A DNA stretch of 64,000 nt from Felis catus (GCF_018350175.1 NC_058375.1:139438001-139502000), one strand, 5' to 3'; positions 36,831 to 49,416 are shown, counted from the stretch's first letter. Numbers and translations are program-made. The notes: a model not told the origin generated them from the sequence alone.

Positions 36831-38079
36831 GAAGAGAATAACAATATAGAGGGGGGAAAAGTTATCTTTTCTGAATCTGAGAAGTGCTAGGCACCCAGAT
36901 AAAAACCCTGGATGACTCATTTCTTCAACCATGGCTCCCTCTACCCCCTTTTACACTTGCAGTGTTGACCACTACCAATAAGATCATGTTCTTTGCAGAG
37001 AACTAGAACTGCTCCAGAGGGTAGTACCTCGAGCAGGACATGCCCATAAGCTTGAGAAAAGTACTGCTTACAAGAAGTGAGTCATAACATCTCCATTGTT
37101 TCCAACAACAAAGTAGATGGAAAACACTTAACCCTTGCTAAATACTGCTTGAGGTTTTCTGGGTCAAATGTGTTAGACTGTGCCACAAAGTCCATATCTA
37201 CCATTTTGCCTCAAAGGGGAATGTGGTGAGAAGTGAGAAGAGGAAGAAGAGGAAAAAGGAAGAGGGGAACAAGTAGATGAGGGGGAAATGATGGAGGAAG
37301 AATTTTGATGCCATATAGAAATGACTGTAGAAATCATTTTTTTCACTTCTAGTCTTCAGCCAACCACCTACTTTTCTCTGAGCTAAATAGAATTTTTATC
37401 AGTTATTAGAAAATAGTAAAATGTGTTAGTCTTCCTAGGGATTTTGTAAGAACGCTGTAATGCTTAAAAGACTAACCAAGGAACTCTTGGCTAACCAAGA
37501 TTGATGTCAACAATAGTCTTGGTACTTACTTAATTTGTGTCAACTTCATTTCCCTTCCTCTTTAGAACATTCTCTACCCAGTTCAAGCTAATGTAATGTC
37601 TCCTTTCTCTGCTCTCTTATAGCCATTGTTGCCTGTGCAACTCACTTGGCAACTAATCATGTCCTACTGCCTTGTGTCATCTCCTGTGTAAAGAATTTAC
37701 ACTTTTAATTTTTTCCCATCATTTATATTACTTTTTGCCCAGTTCTTCAACTATTTACATCTCTTACTGTTACTCATCTTTCCAACCAACCTATCATCTC
37801 ATTAACGTGAAAGATCTCTGAGGGTTGGAACTTTATTTCAAACTTCTTTGCGTCTTCCATAATACCCAGTATTTCACACACATCTGCCACTTCGGAAATG
37901 TGTGCTGCCTTGATTAACTTTCATAAGTTTAACTCCTAAGAACACTGTTTTTGAAATCAGAATAATATCTACCATCCACTAAATAACTCTAATAAGTTTG
38001 GGTGACAGGTTCAAGGGCACTTGTTGCATTTGGCAGCCTCAAACATTAACCCTCACTGCTGCCATTAGCATCCTCCCCG

Positions 38080-40000
38080 CGAAGGATGAGCGAGGATGTA
38101 TTACCACGGAGAGCTCTTTGGGGCAGGTACTGAATAGAGGATACAGGGTGGAGGGGCTGCTTGACCGTTTTCGGGGCGGGCGGGACTCCGCAGATCTGCG
38201 CCGCTCTGAGTGGGCAGACGGAGGGGACCTTTCGCACCTCACGGGGATGTGCGAATTAGCTGGCGTTCGGGGCACGGTGGAGACTGCGCTAAGTACAGGC
38301 TCGCTGGTGGCTGTTGTGCACTGGTTGACATCTTCCTTTCCCGCTCACGGACTTCTGCAGACACGCGCTGCTCCGCGCGGCCGAGCTTTGCCCGGCGCTT
38401 TCCCTCGGGGCACTCTGCGAGCGGGGTGTCGGGGCCGCGGAGGCAAAGGTGCACGCTCGGGGGCGCGGGTTAACTTGCGCACCTGGCACCTGCCACACGG
38501 CGAGACGCGGACCAACGAGCCGAGGGCCACCGCCGCCCCCTCTCCCCCGAGCGGCCCGAGGCTNNNNNNNNNNNNNNNNNNNNNNNNNNNNNNNNNNNNN
38601 NNNNNNNNNNNNNNNNNNNNNNNNNNNNNNNNNNNNNNNNNNNNNNNNNNNNNNNNNNNNNNNNNNNNNNNNNNNNNNNNNNNNNNNNNNNNNNNNNNNN
38701 NNNNNNNNNNNNNNNNNNNNNNNNNNNNNNNNNNNNNNNNNNNNNNNNNNNNNNNNNNNNNNNNNNNNNNNNNNNNNNNNNNNNNNNNNNNNNNNNNNNN
38801 NNNNNNNNNNNNNNNNNNNNNNNNNNNNNNNNNNNNNNNNNNNNNNNNNNNNNNNNNNNNNNNNNNNNNNNNNNNNNNNNNNNNNNNNNNNNNNNNNNNN
38901 NNNNNNNNNNNNNNNNNNNNNNNNNNNNNNNNNNNNNNNNNNNNNNNNNNNNNNNNNNNNNNNNNNNNNNNNNNNNNNNNNNNNNNNNNNNNNNNNNNNN
39001 NNNNNNNNNNNNNNNNNNNNNNNNNNNNNNNNNNNNNNNNNNNNNNNNNNNNNNNNNNNNNNNNNNNNNNNNNNNNNNNNNNNNNNNNNNNNNNNNNNNN
39101 NNNNNNNNNNNNNNNNNNNNNNNNNNNNNNNNNNNNNNNNNNNNNNNNNNNNNNNNNNNNNNNNNNNNNNNNNNNNNNNNNNNNNNNNNNNNNNNNNNNN
39201 NNNNNNNNNNNNNNNNNNNNNNNNNNNNNNNNNNNNNNNNNNNNNNNNNNNNNNNNNNNNNNNNNNNNNNNNNNNNNNNNNNNNNNNNNNNNNNNNNNNN
39301 NNNNNNNNNNNNNNNNNNNNNNNNNNNNNNNNNNNNNNNNNNNNNNNNNNNNNNNNNNNNNNNNNNNNNNNNNNNNNNNNNNNNNNNNNNNNNNNNNNNN
39401 NNNNNNNNNNNNNNNNNNNNNNNNNNNNNNNNNNNNNNNNNNCACTTGGCGTACGGCCTCTGTTTACCTTCCACTCCGAACCTTCCTCCGGCACGGGGTT
39501 AATTAATGGGCGAGGGATCTTTTGGCTAGGAAAGGTTTTCTCTTCCCACTTTCAAATTTAGTTTTGCATTGGGTTCTCGTTGAAATTACTTGTGGAAAGT
39601 AAAGCGCGTTCATAACAAACACCTTCCTCCTAGCAAGGTAATCCCGGCTCCCCGGCCGGCGGTGGTGCAGCGGGATGAGGCGGTGCAGCACTGCGGCGGG
39701 GGAGGGCGGGAGCCGCGACTACCCAGCGGGGTGTAGCGGTAGAGAGCCGTTGACCGGCTGGCTCCGCGGCGGCGAGAGGGACGGCGCTGCCCACCTAGCC
39801 GGGACGGCACCGGTTCGGCACACAGCGTTAGAAAGCAAACAGGGATGTTCACCTACGAGCCGCTGGCGCTGCCCTGTCCCCGCGCCGCGTCCCCGGGAAT
39901 TGTCATCATAGAGGGTGGTCTTTTGGAAGTTGAGGATTTAATGCATCCAAATTGACGGTTGCATTTTTGATAACACAACGGTTTCTGCAAAGATTCTGCT
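38080..40000 (+). promoter_or_regulatory. CpG-island promoter of an unidentified gene; TSS/exon 1 probably in gap 38564-39442
   Basis: Sharp rise in GC and CpG on both sides of the gap; GC boxes (ggggcggg near 38174, gggcggg near 39704); + strand inferred from downstream G+T skew. Confidence 0.85.
38564..39442. other. Assembly gap (879 N); others at 1984-2200, 29030-29209, 50035-50206, 50508-50642, 50788-50938, 61067-61210
   Basis: N runs. Confidence 0.99.
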
Positions 40001-40136
40001 TTTCTCCCTGATGGAATTTGGCATACTGTTGAATTTTGTCTGGCTTGACTGTGTTTATGACTCTGGAGTGGTGTTAACTTGCGTGCGAAGTTCATAGTAA
40101 CTGCACCCTCAAGGATTTCTTCAATGAACCTGCGGT

Positions 40137-40280
40137 CCCGCCTTATTGTCAACCCTGGGTGTGCGTGGATTGGTTCTCTTGCTTCTGTGACTGTCAGAAG
40201 AAGGCTCGAGGTTTCTGTGATTGGTTTTCTCTTTTGACTATTAATATTGCAGGAAATGCTTTTATGCCTTTGATTGGCTG
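40137..40280. promoter_or_regulatory. GC box plus three inverted CCAAT boxes
   Basis: cccgcc 40137; gattgg at 40168, 40219 and 40272. Confidence 0.45.
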
Positions 40281-41385
40281 CTCCAGTTCTGACCTCATTA
40301 TATTACCCTGTTATTACTACTTTCTGCTGTGATTTAATCACATTTTTCTTTGGTCTTTGATTACTTGGAAGTCTTACACTTCCAGGAGAAAATGAATATG
40401 GCAACGGTATCGGGATGAACATTAAGTATTGAGGTTTTCAAAAAATAAGATGAAAACCCAACATTTGCTGTAGATTTAGATCTAAGTCATATGAGAATAT
40501 TCTTTTTGTTTTAAAAATGAAGTTTATTTCTAGCAGCTCAATTTTCCATGGGAACGATAATTAAAATAAAGTTATAGTATGTACAAGAATTGAATTGGAC
40601 TTTAAAAAACACAACTTTGTATTCCACAAAGTTAAATTTTTGTTAATATTATTGTATGGGATTTGACCCAAGAGGAGAAGTAGCTTATGAATCTTCAAGT
40701 ATCAGTAGTGATGTAATTACTTGGATCCAGTTATTTGGGTTTGAGAAGAACTAAAATCAAGAAGCTTGTTCTAGAATGAACAATTAACCCGAAAGATAAG
40801 TTACTTTTTGTGAACTGAGCAGCAATATACTTACAGCTTTTGGTTCTTAGTTTGCCACATGTGTCTTGGTATTTTACCTGAATTTAGGAAGAAAACTTGC
40901 AGTTTAGTTATTTTTTTAATGATGTATTAAAAACAAATAATTAAACCCTTTCACTGTTAACTTTTTCAGTAACAGTTGTGACTTTCAATCTGGAGATGGG
41001 AAATCAGATTATATTGGATTATTTTCAGTAGCCTGCTTCAGTTGCCCACTTCCAGGGAAGAAGAAATCCAGTTTATGATGGAACTAGAGTTGAAACCCAG
41101 GACTTCTGACTCTTTGGTCCTTTCTGCCTCTTTGATGTTACAAGTGGTGGTACTTAAAATCAAAACAAAACTGAACAAACCCTGACAGTTAAGATTTATA
41201 ACTATCTTTTGCTTCCCAGAATGTACAGTTGGGGTGTTTGTTTTTTCTTTCCTCTTTTTTAAATTAACGTGTAAGAAGACTTGTGCTTACATGAGTGACA
41301 GTCGATTCAGTTCTTCTGGTCCTGTTTACAGGACTTCTGTTATTAAGCAGAATTATTTGTTCATTTTAAAAAAATGTTCTGCCTT

Positions 41386-41575
41386 CGGCACCTGGGTGGC
41401 TCAGTCAGTTAAGCTTCCGCTTGATTTCGGCTCAGGTCATGATCTCATGGTTTGTGGGATCAAGCCCTAAGTCGGGCTCTGCTCTGACAGTTTCTCTGTC
41501 TCCCTCTCTCTCTCCCTCTCTCTCTCTGCCCTTTTCTCGCTCATGTGCACTCCCTCTCGAAATAAAATTAAAAAA
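41386..41575 (+). mobile_element. Can-SINE with internal deletion
   Basis: TSD aaaaatgttctgcctt / aaaactgttctgcctt. Confidence 0.93.
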
Positions 41576-41658
41576 CTGTTCTGCCTTGAAAAGCAGTTCT
41601 AAGCAGCAGTAAAATATAAATTTCATAAATGTTTTGTGTTTCATTTGAGTTGTATTTC

Positions 41659-41834
41659 TTTTTTTTTTTTAATGTATGTTTATTTTGAGAGAGAGAGGGC
41701 ATTCACGCAAGCAGGGGAGGCACAGAGAGAGGGAGACAGAATCTCAAGCAGGCTTATACTCACAACCATGAGATCATGACCTGAGCTGAAATCAGGAGTC
41801 AGACCCTTAACTGACTGAGCCACCCAGGTGCCCC
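41659..41834 (-). mobile_element. Can-SINE with internal deletion
   Basis: Perfect TSD tgagttgtatttc 41646-41658/41835-41847. Confidence 0.94.
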
Positions 41835-42554
41835 TGAGTTGTATTTCAATTCAGCTTCCATTACCAACATGTTCTAGTTACTTTTGTAAGTATTTTTTAA
41901 ATTATATAGACTTGTAAAAAAAAAATAACCTTGGCTTGTGGATTTATAATTGTTGCTTTGCATTTCTAACTATCCACAATATGACTCCTTTCCTGCTTGG
42001 TTGACAGAATCTTTTGACTTCACTTGAACCACCTTCATGAATCTTAACCTCCATTCTCACTCCGCCCCCACCCCGCCCCGGTAAAATTAAAAACTGTGTC
42101 TATTGGATTATTATTAGACTTTGTTTATATAGTCATTGACTCAGTTTTGAGTTATATTTTGATAATACTTAGATGAGATAATCTAGGCATTCTTTGACAT
42201 TGGTAGCACTCTCATCATTCTCTTAGCTCTTTCTTTTCTTTTGGACATGTAGGCATCTTCTTTTGTTCCCTTTCCTCATTTTCCTTGTCTTTTGCCTAAG
42301 GTCTGCCAGTAGGCATCCTCCTAAACTTGGTCTCTATAGTGCTCTACATGACACTTGATTTAGGTCAAATACTGTTAACTTGTGTTTATTTAGAATCTAA
42401 ACCAGAATGATCAGGTGATCATCACAACACCCCTTGAGTGTTGTATAGAGATAGTTGATGTTTTTTGATAATACAGTACTTAACCATTTTTCGACTACTA
42501 CTTGTGTCCCAGATACTATGTTAATAACTTTACATACGATTAGTTCATTTAATC

Positions 42555-42995
42555 CTTTTTAAAATTAAGTTTTTTGAGTTATTTATATGCAATAAAATGT
42601 GCTCATTTAAAGCATAGAGTTTATGAGTTTTGACAAACATGTACACACAAGGAAATGCCACCACAATCAAGATAAAGCAACATTTCAAACACCCCAAAAA
42701 TTCCCTTGTGCTCCTTTGCAAGTCATTCCATCTACACCAGTAGTTCTAAGCAATTACTCATTTGTTTTCTTTCCCTATAGATTTTAGTATTGTTTTTTCT
42801 AGAATTACATTTAAATGGATTTCACATACTCTTTTGTGTCAGGCTTCTTTTGCTTAGCATGATGCATTAACGATTCATCCTTGTTACATGTATCAGTCCA
42901 TTCCTTTTTATTACTGAACAGTATTCTAGTGAATTGTTGTAATATATTCATCCATCCATCTGGATATTTGAATTGCTTCCTGTTTTTGGTTTTCA
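42555..42995 (-). mobile_element. L1M 3' end inserted in a MIR
   Basis: aataaaatgtgctcatttaaag...gagttttgacaaac...accacaatcaagat; MIR halves near 42480-42555 and 42997-43140. Confidence 0.75.
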
Positions 42996-43287
42996 TTGAA
43001 TCTTTGTAACAACAGCCTATGTAGTATTATTGTTTCTGTTTTATGGATGAAAAAACTGTGGGTCTCACTGTTAGTAACTGGCAGGGCTATAATTCATGCC
43101 CTTGGTTTTAATATCACAAAACCCGTTCTTATAACCACTGTGATTCATGTTGACTTCTTACAGAATCCCAAATTAGCTTCTGAACTGTTAAGTTCATTAC
43201 AGGTTTTGTAAGCATTGTTTTACTTTTTGTAATTGGGGAACTTTGAAAGATGACATTGATTTGATTGGAATATTAAATTACTAACTA

Positions 43288-43514
43288 GGGGCGCCTGGGT
43301 GACTCAGTCGGTTGAGTGTCCAACTTCAGCTCAGGTCATGATCTTGCAGTTCAAGAGTTTGAGCCCCGCATCGGGCTCTGTGCTGACAGCTCAGAGCCTG
43401 GAGCCTGCTTCAGATTCCGTACGTGTCTCTCTCTCTCTGCCCATCCCCGGTGTGTGTGTGTGTCTCAAGTAAATAAACATTAAAAACAATAAATTATTAA
43501 AACAAATAAGTAAG
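43288..43514 (+). mobile_element. Can-SINE
   Basis: TSD taaattactaact/taaattgctaact. Confidence 0.94.
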
Positions 43515-44199
43515 TAAATTGCTAACTGTAGTTTTTCATCACTTAATTGTGTATGATTTTTGCTTTTGGCTTTTCAGATTTTCTGTTTCTTTTTCCTTTT
43601 TTCTTAGAAGTTTATTTACTTTGCTTCTCTGTAGTGGTACCATTATGTTTATCTGAATGTTTACGTTACCATAAGCATGTAAGAAATTTGTGGGAAACTA
43701 TTATTTTTTATTGTTTAGATTTTATTTTAATAGAATATAATCTATGTAAGGACAAGGATCTTTGCATATTTTGTTCATTAATGTATTCCGAGTATCTGAA
43801 ACTGTGCCTGGAACATAATATATGTTTGCTAAATGTTGGTTAAGTGTTGAATGAGCCTCTTTTTTTTTCTTTCTATACTAAGATCTATGTTTTTATGAAA
43901 CACTGTGTGTGCGTGCATACGTGTGTGTGTAATTCATTAGCAGATTTTGGGAAATTATTCATGGAATTCTTTTTGGTTTCTTACTTTGATACAACATGTA
44001 CCTAAATACTAAATGTATATATTTTTTCCCTCTTGAGTGAGAGGCCCCTTTAAATACACAATTTTGAACACACAGGTATGGCTGCAATATTTTTATTTTG
44101 TGTTAATTACCCTTCTCATAGGTGTATGTAGATTTGTATAAGATACCTTTTTGTATTAGAGTGAACCAAAATTTCTATAAAGCATGTGATTCTTATTTT

Positions 44200-44407
44200 C
44201 AATTTTTAAAAATGTTTTATTTATTTTTGAGAGAGAGACCGAGTATGAGCAGGGGAAGGGCAGAAAGAGGGAGACACAGAATCTGAAGACAGCTCCAGGC
44301 TCTGAGCTGTCAGCACAGAGCCTGACGCGGGGCTCGAACTCTTGAACTGCGAGATCATGACCTGAGCTGAAGTCAGACGCTTAACTGACTGAACCACCCA
44401 GGTGTCC
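44200..44407 (-). mobile_element. Can-SINE
   Basis: Full reverse element. Confidence 0.94.
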
Positions 44408-44423
44408 AATTCTGCTTATTTTT

Positions 44424-44638
44424 TTTTAATTTTTTTTTTAATGTTTATTTATTTTTGAGACAGAGACAGAGCATGAACAGGGGAGGGGCAGAGAGAGAGG
44501 GAGACACAGAATCCGAAACAGGCTCCAGGCTCCGAGCTGCCAGCACAGAGCCCGACGTGGGGCTCGAACTCACGGACTGTGAGATCATGACCTGAGCCGA
44601 AGTCGGACGCTTAACCGACCAAGCCACCCAGGCGCCCC
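44424..44638 (-). mobile_element. Young Can-SINE, tandem to the previous one
   Basis: TSD aattctgcttattttt 44408-44423/44640-44655. Confidence 0.96.
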
Positions 44639-45305
44639 TAATTCTGCTTATTTTTAAAGAAAAAGATCATGACTGATTTGAATTGCCATTTCTCCTTTTA
44701 TGCTTTAGTTGCCTAATTTTGATATCCTCTTAATATTTTAAGCAACAGTGAGAGTAGGAATATATTCAGTGTTTCTTACATTTCAGAGTTTTTTTTGGCA
44801 CTAATACATTTCATGTTTCAGTATAGAGGAGTTCTAGAGAGGGTATAAAATAAAATTTCGTAAATTGATATTGTAAAAACACTGAGCATTTATTCTTTCA
44901 ACAAAAGCATATACTAGCCAGTTATCATCTGAGTGCCCGGTGTTATCTAAATATGACATCAGGAAACTTTTGAAGGGGTAACCATGGATAAGAGTATTTG
45001 TAAGGCTGTGTGCTGGAGTGTTGCTAGGATTAAAATTAAAGGAAGAATATGATACAGAACTTGACTTCGGGAAATGTAAATGAGTCATTGAGGTCAAAAA
45101 CATATCTGGAAAGTTAGCAGAAACTACCAGGTTAAGTTGACCTGACAAAGAGCATTAGAAATAGTTAAATTGTAGTATAGTTAAGAATTAGAGAAAACTG
45201 TTACTAGAATGTATAGAGGAATTGGAGAGAGATTTAACAAGTTGGGCTTTCAGGTTTGATTGTGTGGTGTGTGTTGAAGCAAATACTTGAATCCAGGAAT
45301 GTTTA

Positions 45306-45533
45306 CTTTTTTATTAAAAATTTTTTTAAAATGTTTTTATTTATTTTTGAGGGGGAGAGAAACAGAGTGCGAACTGGGGAGGGGCAGAGAGGGAGGGAGA
45401 CACAGAATCTGAAGCAGGCTTCAGGCTCCGAGCTGTCAGCACAGAGCCTGACGTGGGCTTGAACTCGTGAACCACAAGTTCATGACTTGAGTGGAAGTTG
45501 GACGCTTAACCGAATGAGCCACCCGGGCACCCG
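45306..45533 (-). mobile_element. Can-SINE
   Basis: Perfect TSD gaatccaggaatgttta. Confidence 0.96.
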
Positions 45534-48500
45534 GAATCCAGGAATGTTTACAGCAATTTCTGTGGATGTTAAGTAGAGTAAAGGAAGTACTGCATCATTT
45601 CTGAGCACGCCATTCTCTTAGCTCTTTCTCTTTGGTTTTTTTGGACTTACATATGGCTTTTACTTCTTCTTACTTTGTTCTGTGCTATATCTTCAACACT
45701 AGAAACTGTTTGTAACAAAGAAGGCACTTACTAAATATTTGGCGAATTAATGAATAGAAGTTGAGGTGGAGATAAGGCTGCAAAAGGGGTACAATTATAC
45801 CAGATGACAGATAGTTTCAAATGTTAGCCCAGGGGGTTGTAGAATGGTGTAGAAAAAAGAGCACTGACTTGCAAGTGTGAAGTCTCTTTCTAGTTTTGTT
45901 TCTGTTCTTTAGTGGCCAAATGATCTGGGAAAGTTGCCTACCTTCTCTGAGTCTCAGGTCATTCATCACTACCATCACAGCTACCATTTATTGTGCGTTA
46001 GTGAGTGTGTTGAGTACATGCCAGGCACTTTGTTAAACTCAGTAGGTGGTTTACGACTCATTATAATGATAGGATGTATAGTAGGTGCTGTTAAGTCTTT
46101 TCTAGAAGACGAAGCAGGCTTTGGAGATTAAGTATCTTGCCGAAGTTCACTCCTACTTGGACTAGAACATAGTAAAGCCAGTATTTGAACTCAAATCCTG
46201 TGAGTGATTGAGTCTAGAGCTCTGACCTTTACCACTGTACTGCTTCCATCTGTAAAATGAGTGGGTTGAGAACTAGATGATACCTAAGTTTATTACATTT
46301 TCATTGTTCTATACTACCATGGAAGAGTCATTAAAAATTTTTGCCTCGGGGAATGATATGAAAGAAGCTTTAAGGTGAATGCCTTTTGTAAACACATTTC
46401 TTTCTTTTTTTTTTTTTTTTAATTTTTTAATTTTATTTTTTTTTGGTAAACTCATTTCTTTAACACAAACTTTTAAGGAATGATTTATCTGTGGGGTAAG
46501 TTTAGATTTCATCAGTATCAGGTCTCTAAAAACGAGGCCTAAAAATGTTTAACAGGTAGGATCATTAGGTTGATTTCAAGTAACAGAAACCAAATCTGGT
46601 TTCTTTAAGATTCCTAGGTGTTGCCTTGAAGACCCCAAAGAAGGCTTGAACGGTCAAGGCTTGAGAATGCCAGGAACCAGGGCAGCTATGGGCTTTTTAG
46701 CAGCAAGTGACATTAATATCACTAAACTCTAACAATTCCCAGTCATTTGAGAGGTAGTAGTATAGTGTTGTGGTGAAGTGCATATCTTCTTCTTTGAGCC
46801 AGACTGAATGGTTTTGAGTTCATCTATAAAATCTCATGGGTTGTTGAGAGCATGAATTGTGTGCTTGGGACAGTTTGTGGCATTCAGTAAGCAGTCAATA
46901 AATATTAGCTGTTATCATCATTGTTATGTTTCCTTTGTTTCAGAATCGCAGATCCTGGTCATTATTGGTTTGGCTTGAATCAGGTGTCTGTGTACCTATA
47001 AGTCTGACAGTCTGACAGGGGAGGTTAGTACATAAGTGCTGTTAAGGGCTACTTTCCTGAGAATGAGGCTTTAGTCAGGAGCTGCCCTTTAGACATTTAC
47101 TGCTGGTGTGTATATAACATTATGACCAAAAGTTATGAAGTTAAATTGTTAATTAAATTGTTTTAATCCATAGTTTGATCCAAGGTGAATTTGGATACTT
47201 AGGGTATTTTTATAGACCTTAAGTTTGTAAGGTGTTTTAATGGGATAACGATATTTTACGTATTTCACAATATAATGGTAGGATGTGTATTGCCTTTTTT
47301 AAATGAAATTTAAATTAAGGATTATAGAAGAAGTCTCCAGAATCTTTTTAAAGAAAGCATACCCTTCATACTAATTTTCCAAATAGTAAGGGATGCATTT
47401 TGTGTGACCTCAAAGAAGTTATTTAACTTTCCTGGCCCTTAGTTTCCTCATTTGTGAAGTAGAATTGGATTGAGTGACCGTTAAAGTACCTTTGGGTCTA
47501 AAAATTACTTGCTTCTGTGAATCCACATATCTATCTACAAGGTATATTGTCCAGAATGTTAATTAGATGAAAAGAACTAACAAGCGAAAGACTAAATATT
47601 AGGAAGATACTAGTAGTTAAGCTTTATTTAAAGAGTTAATTATTGTAATTCTGTTAATTTGGTTTAGAGTCCTTTTTTTGTGAGGTTCAGTTATATTCAT
47701 CCACTATTTAATACTGATTTTTCCTAGAGATCAAAAGAGAAGTCCCCTCTGTATGTTTTGGATATGATCAGTTCCCTTTTCATGGAATTTTCTTTTACTG
47801 TCTCTTACTGTAAATGTCCTGAATTTTGGTATACTTTTAGCCCAGACAATTTGAGTTTTAAAATAAATTTTTTAGTATCTCCTGCTTCTCACTTGAGGGA
47901 TGTATGTGTATATATGGATATAGATATATGCATGAGAGAGTGATAGATACTTGTTTTCCCATTTAGACCAAATGCCTTAAGGAAGGTATAAAGTCTTTGT
48001 TTTACTCAGCAGAGGCTGGATTACCTATGCAGGTTCTTACGTGGTAGAAAGTTTGTGATACAGGCATTGACCATAATACTGGCCACTGGGATTGGATTTG
48101 ATTGTATTATTAAACGTACAGCTCTGCATCTTCGTTTCAAGTACAGTTGAGGTAGAAAAACCAGTAATGGATGTGTAGGTGACAGCTGGTAGGAATAAGC
48201 CATGAATGAGACCAATGTAGATAGCAGTAGGTCCATCATGATTATTTGATTTTATCTTAAAACTGATCCTTGCTGATATTTTGACTTGTTTACACTTGCA
48301 TGAAATAGAACTTTGGGTTTGCCTAGTCTGTCATCCACCACTGTTTTTTTGTGGGATCAATAGTGGAGGAAGATGACAGCCACTTCCAGATTCTTCTTAG
48401 CACCATTTCCTTACATTTGTTTTTAGGTTTCTTTTTTCTTGCCAGCTAGTATCACCGTGCAGTCAGAAGAATGCAGAGTGAAAGAGTCAGCCTCTCTGCT

Positions 48501-49184
48501 AGTTCTCTAACTTATATCTTTACTTCCAGCTTTCTCACTTCCCTTTTTTGGGAGGAATGTGGGCAAAGGATAGGAGGTTGTTGGTTGGGGAGTTGACAAG
48601 CAGCCCTTATTTGTACTGTTAATTTGATGAAATTGGTACTTCAGAATAGTGCCTTAGGTTCCAGGCCTGGCCTCTGTCACTTTCTCTTTGGGCAAGATAA
48701 ATTACTTCATCTCATTAAGCCACTTTGCTTCATCTGTTTAATGAGAAGTATCTTGAAAGGTAATCTTAAAGATTATCTTTTTGTGGACTTAAGTCAGTGC
48801 CTTATACAGGCAACTGCTTTTTTTTTTTTTATTATTAATAACAGTCTTCAGTTATATAGGCTAATAAATGTGAAGGAATATGGAAAAGTAAAATATACAG
48901 AGTGTCTCCATACATTATTCTGTGGAATAATTTGTGCTTCACATTTTTTCTCCAGTCAATTAAATATATTTTTATAGTTGTCAAACATCAGCAGATTGAT
49001 ACGTATATTTTCCTCCTTCCATCTCTTCCTGGCAGAGCATTTTAACAATCAAAATGATTTAAAAAATTAAAGACTTTAAAAATTAGCAAAGAAACTAAAT
49101 TTTCAGCTAATCCTCAGAGTAATATTTGACTCCTGAATAATTGATACTGTATTTGTTTTTAAAAGTGATTTCCTTTTTTCTTTC

Positions 49185-49416
49185 TTTTTCTTCTTCCTTT
49201 TTAAAATTTTTTAAAAATGTTTATTCATTTTTGAGAAAGAGAGAGAGAAAGGGGCGGGAAGGGTCAGAGAGAGAGGGAGACATAGAATCTGAAGCAGGCT
49301 CCATCCAGACTTTGAGTTGTCAGCACAGAGCCTGACGTGGGGCTCCAGCTCCCGGACTGTGATCATGACCTGAGCCAAAGCAGGACACTTAACCAACAAA
49401 GCCACCCAGCACCCCC
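49185..49416 (-). mobile_element. Can-SINE
   Basis: Full reverse element ending gccacccagcaccccc. Confidence 0.92.

Noticed and set aside
37998-39561. Long ORFs (334-502 aa) across the CpG island
   Set aside because: Mostly X from the N gap; flanks are GC-rich and stop-poor on both strands with no recognisable protein.
39785-39805. CTCF-like word (ctaggtgggcagcgc on the minus strand)
   Set aside because: An extra base in the core breaks the motif spacing; such words are common in CpG islands.
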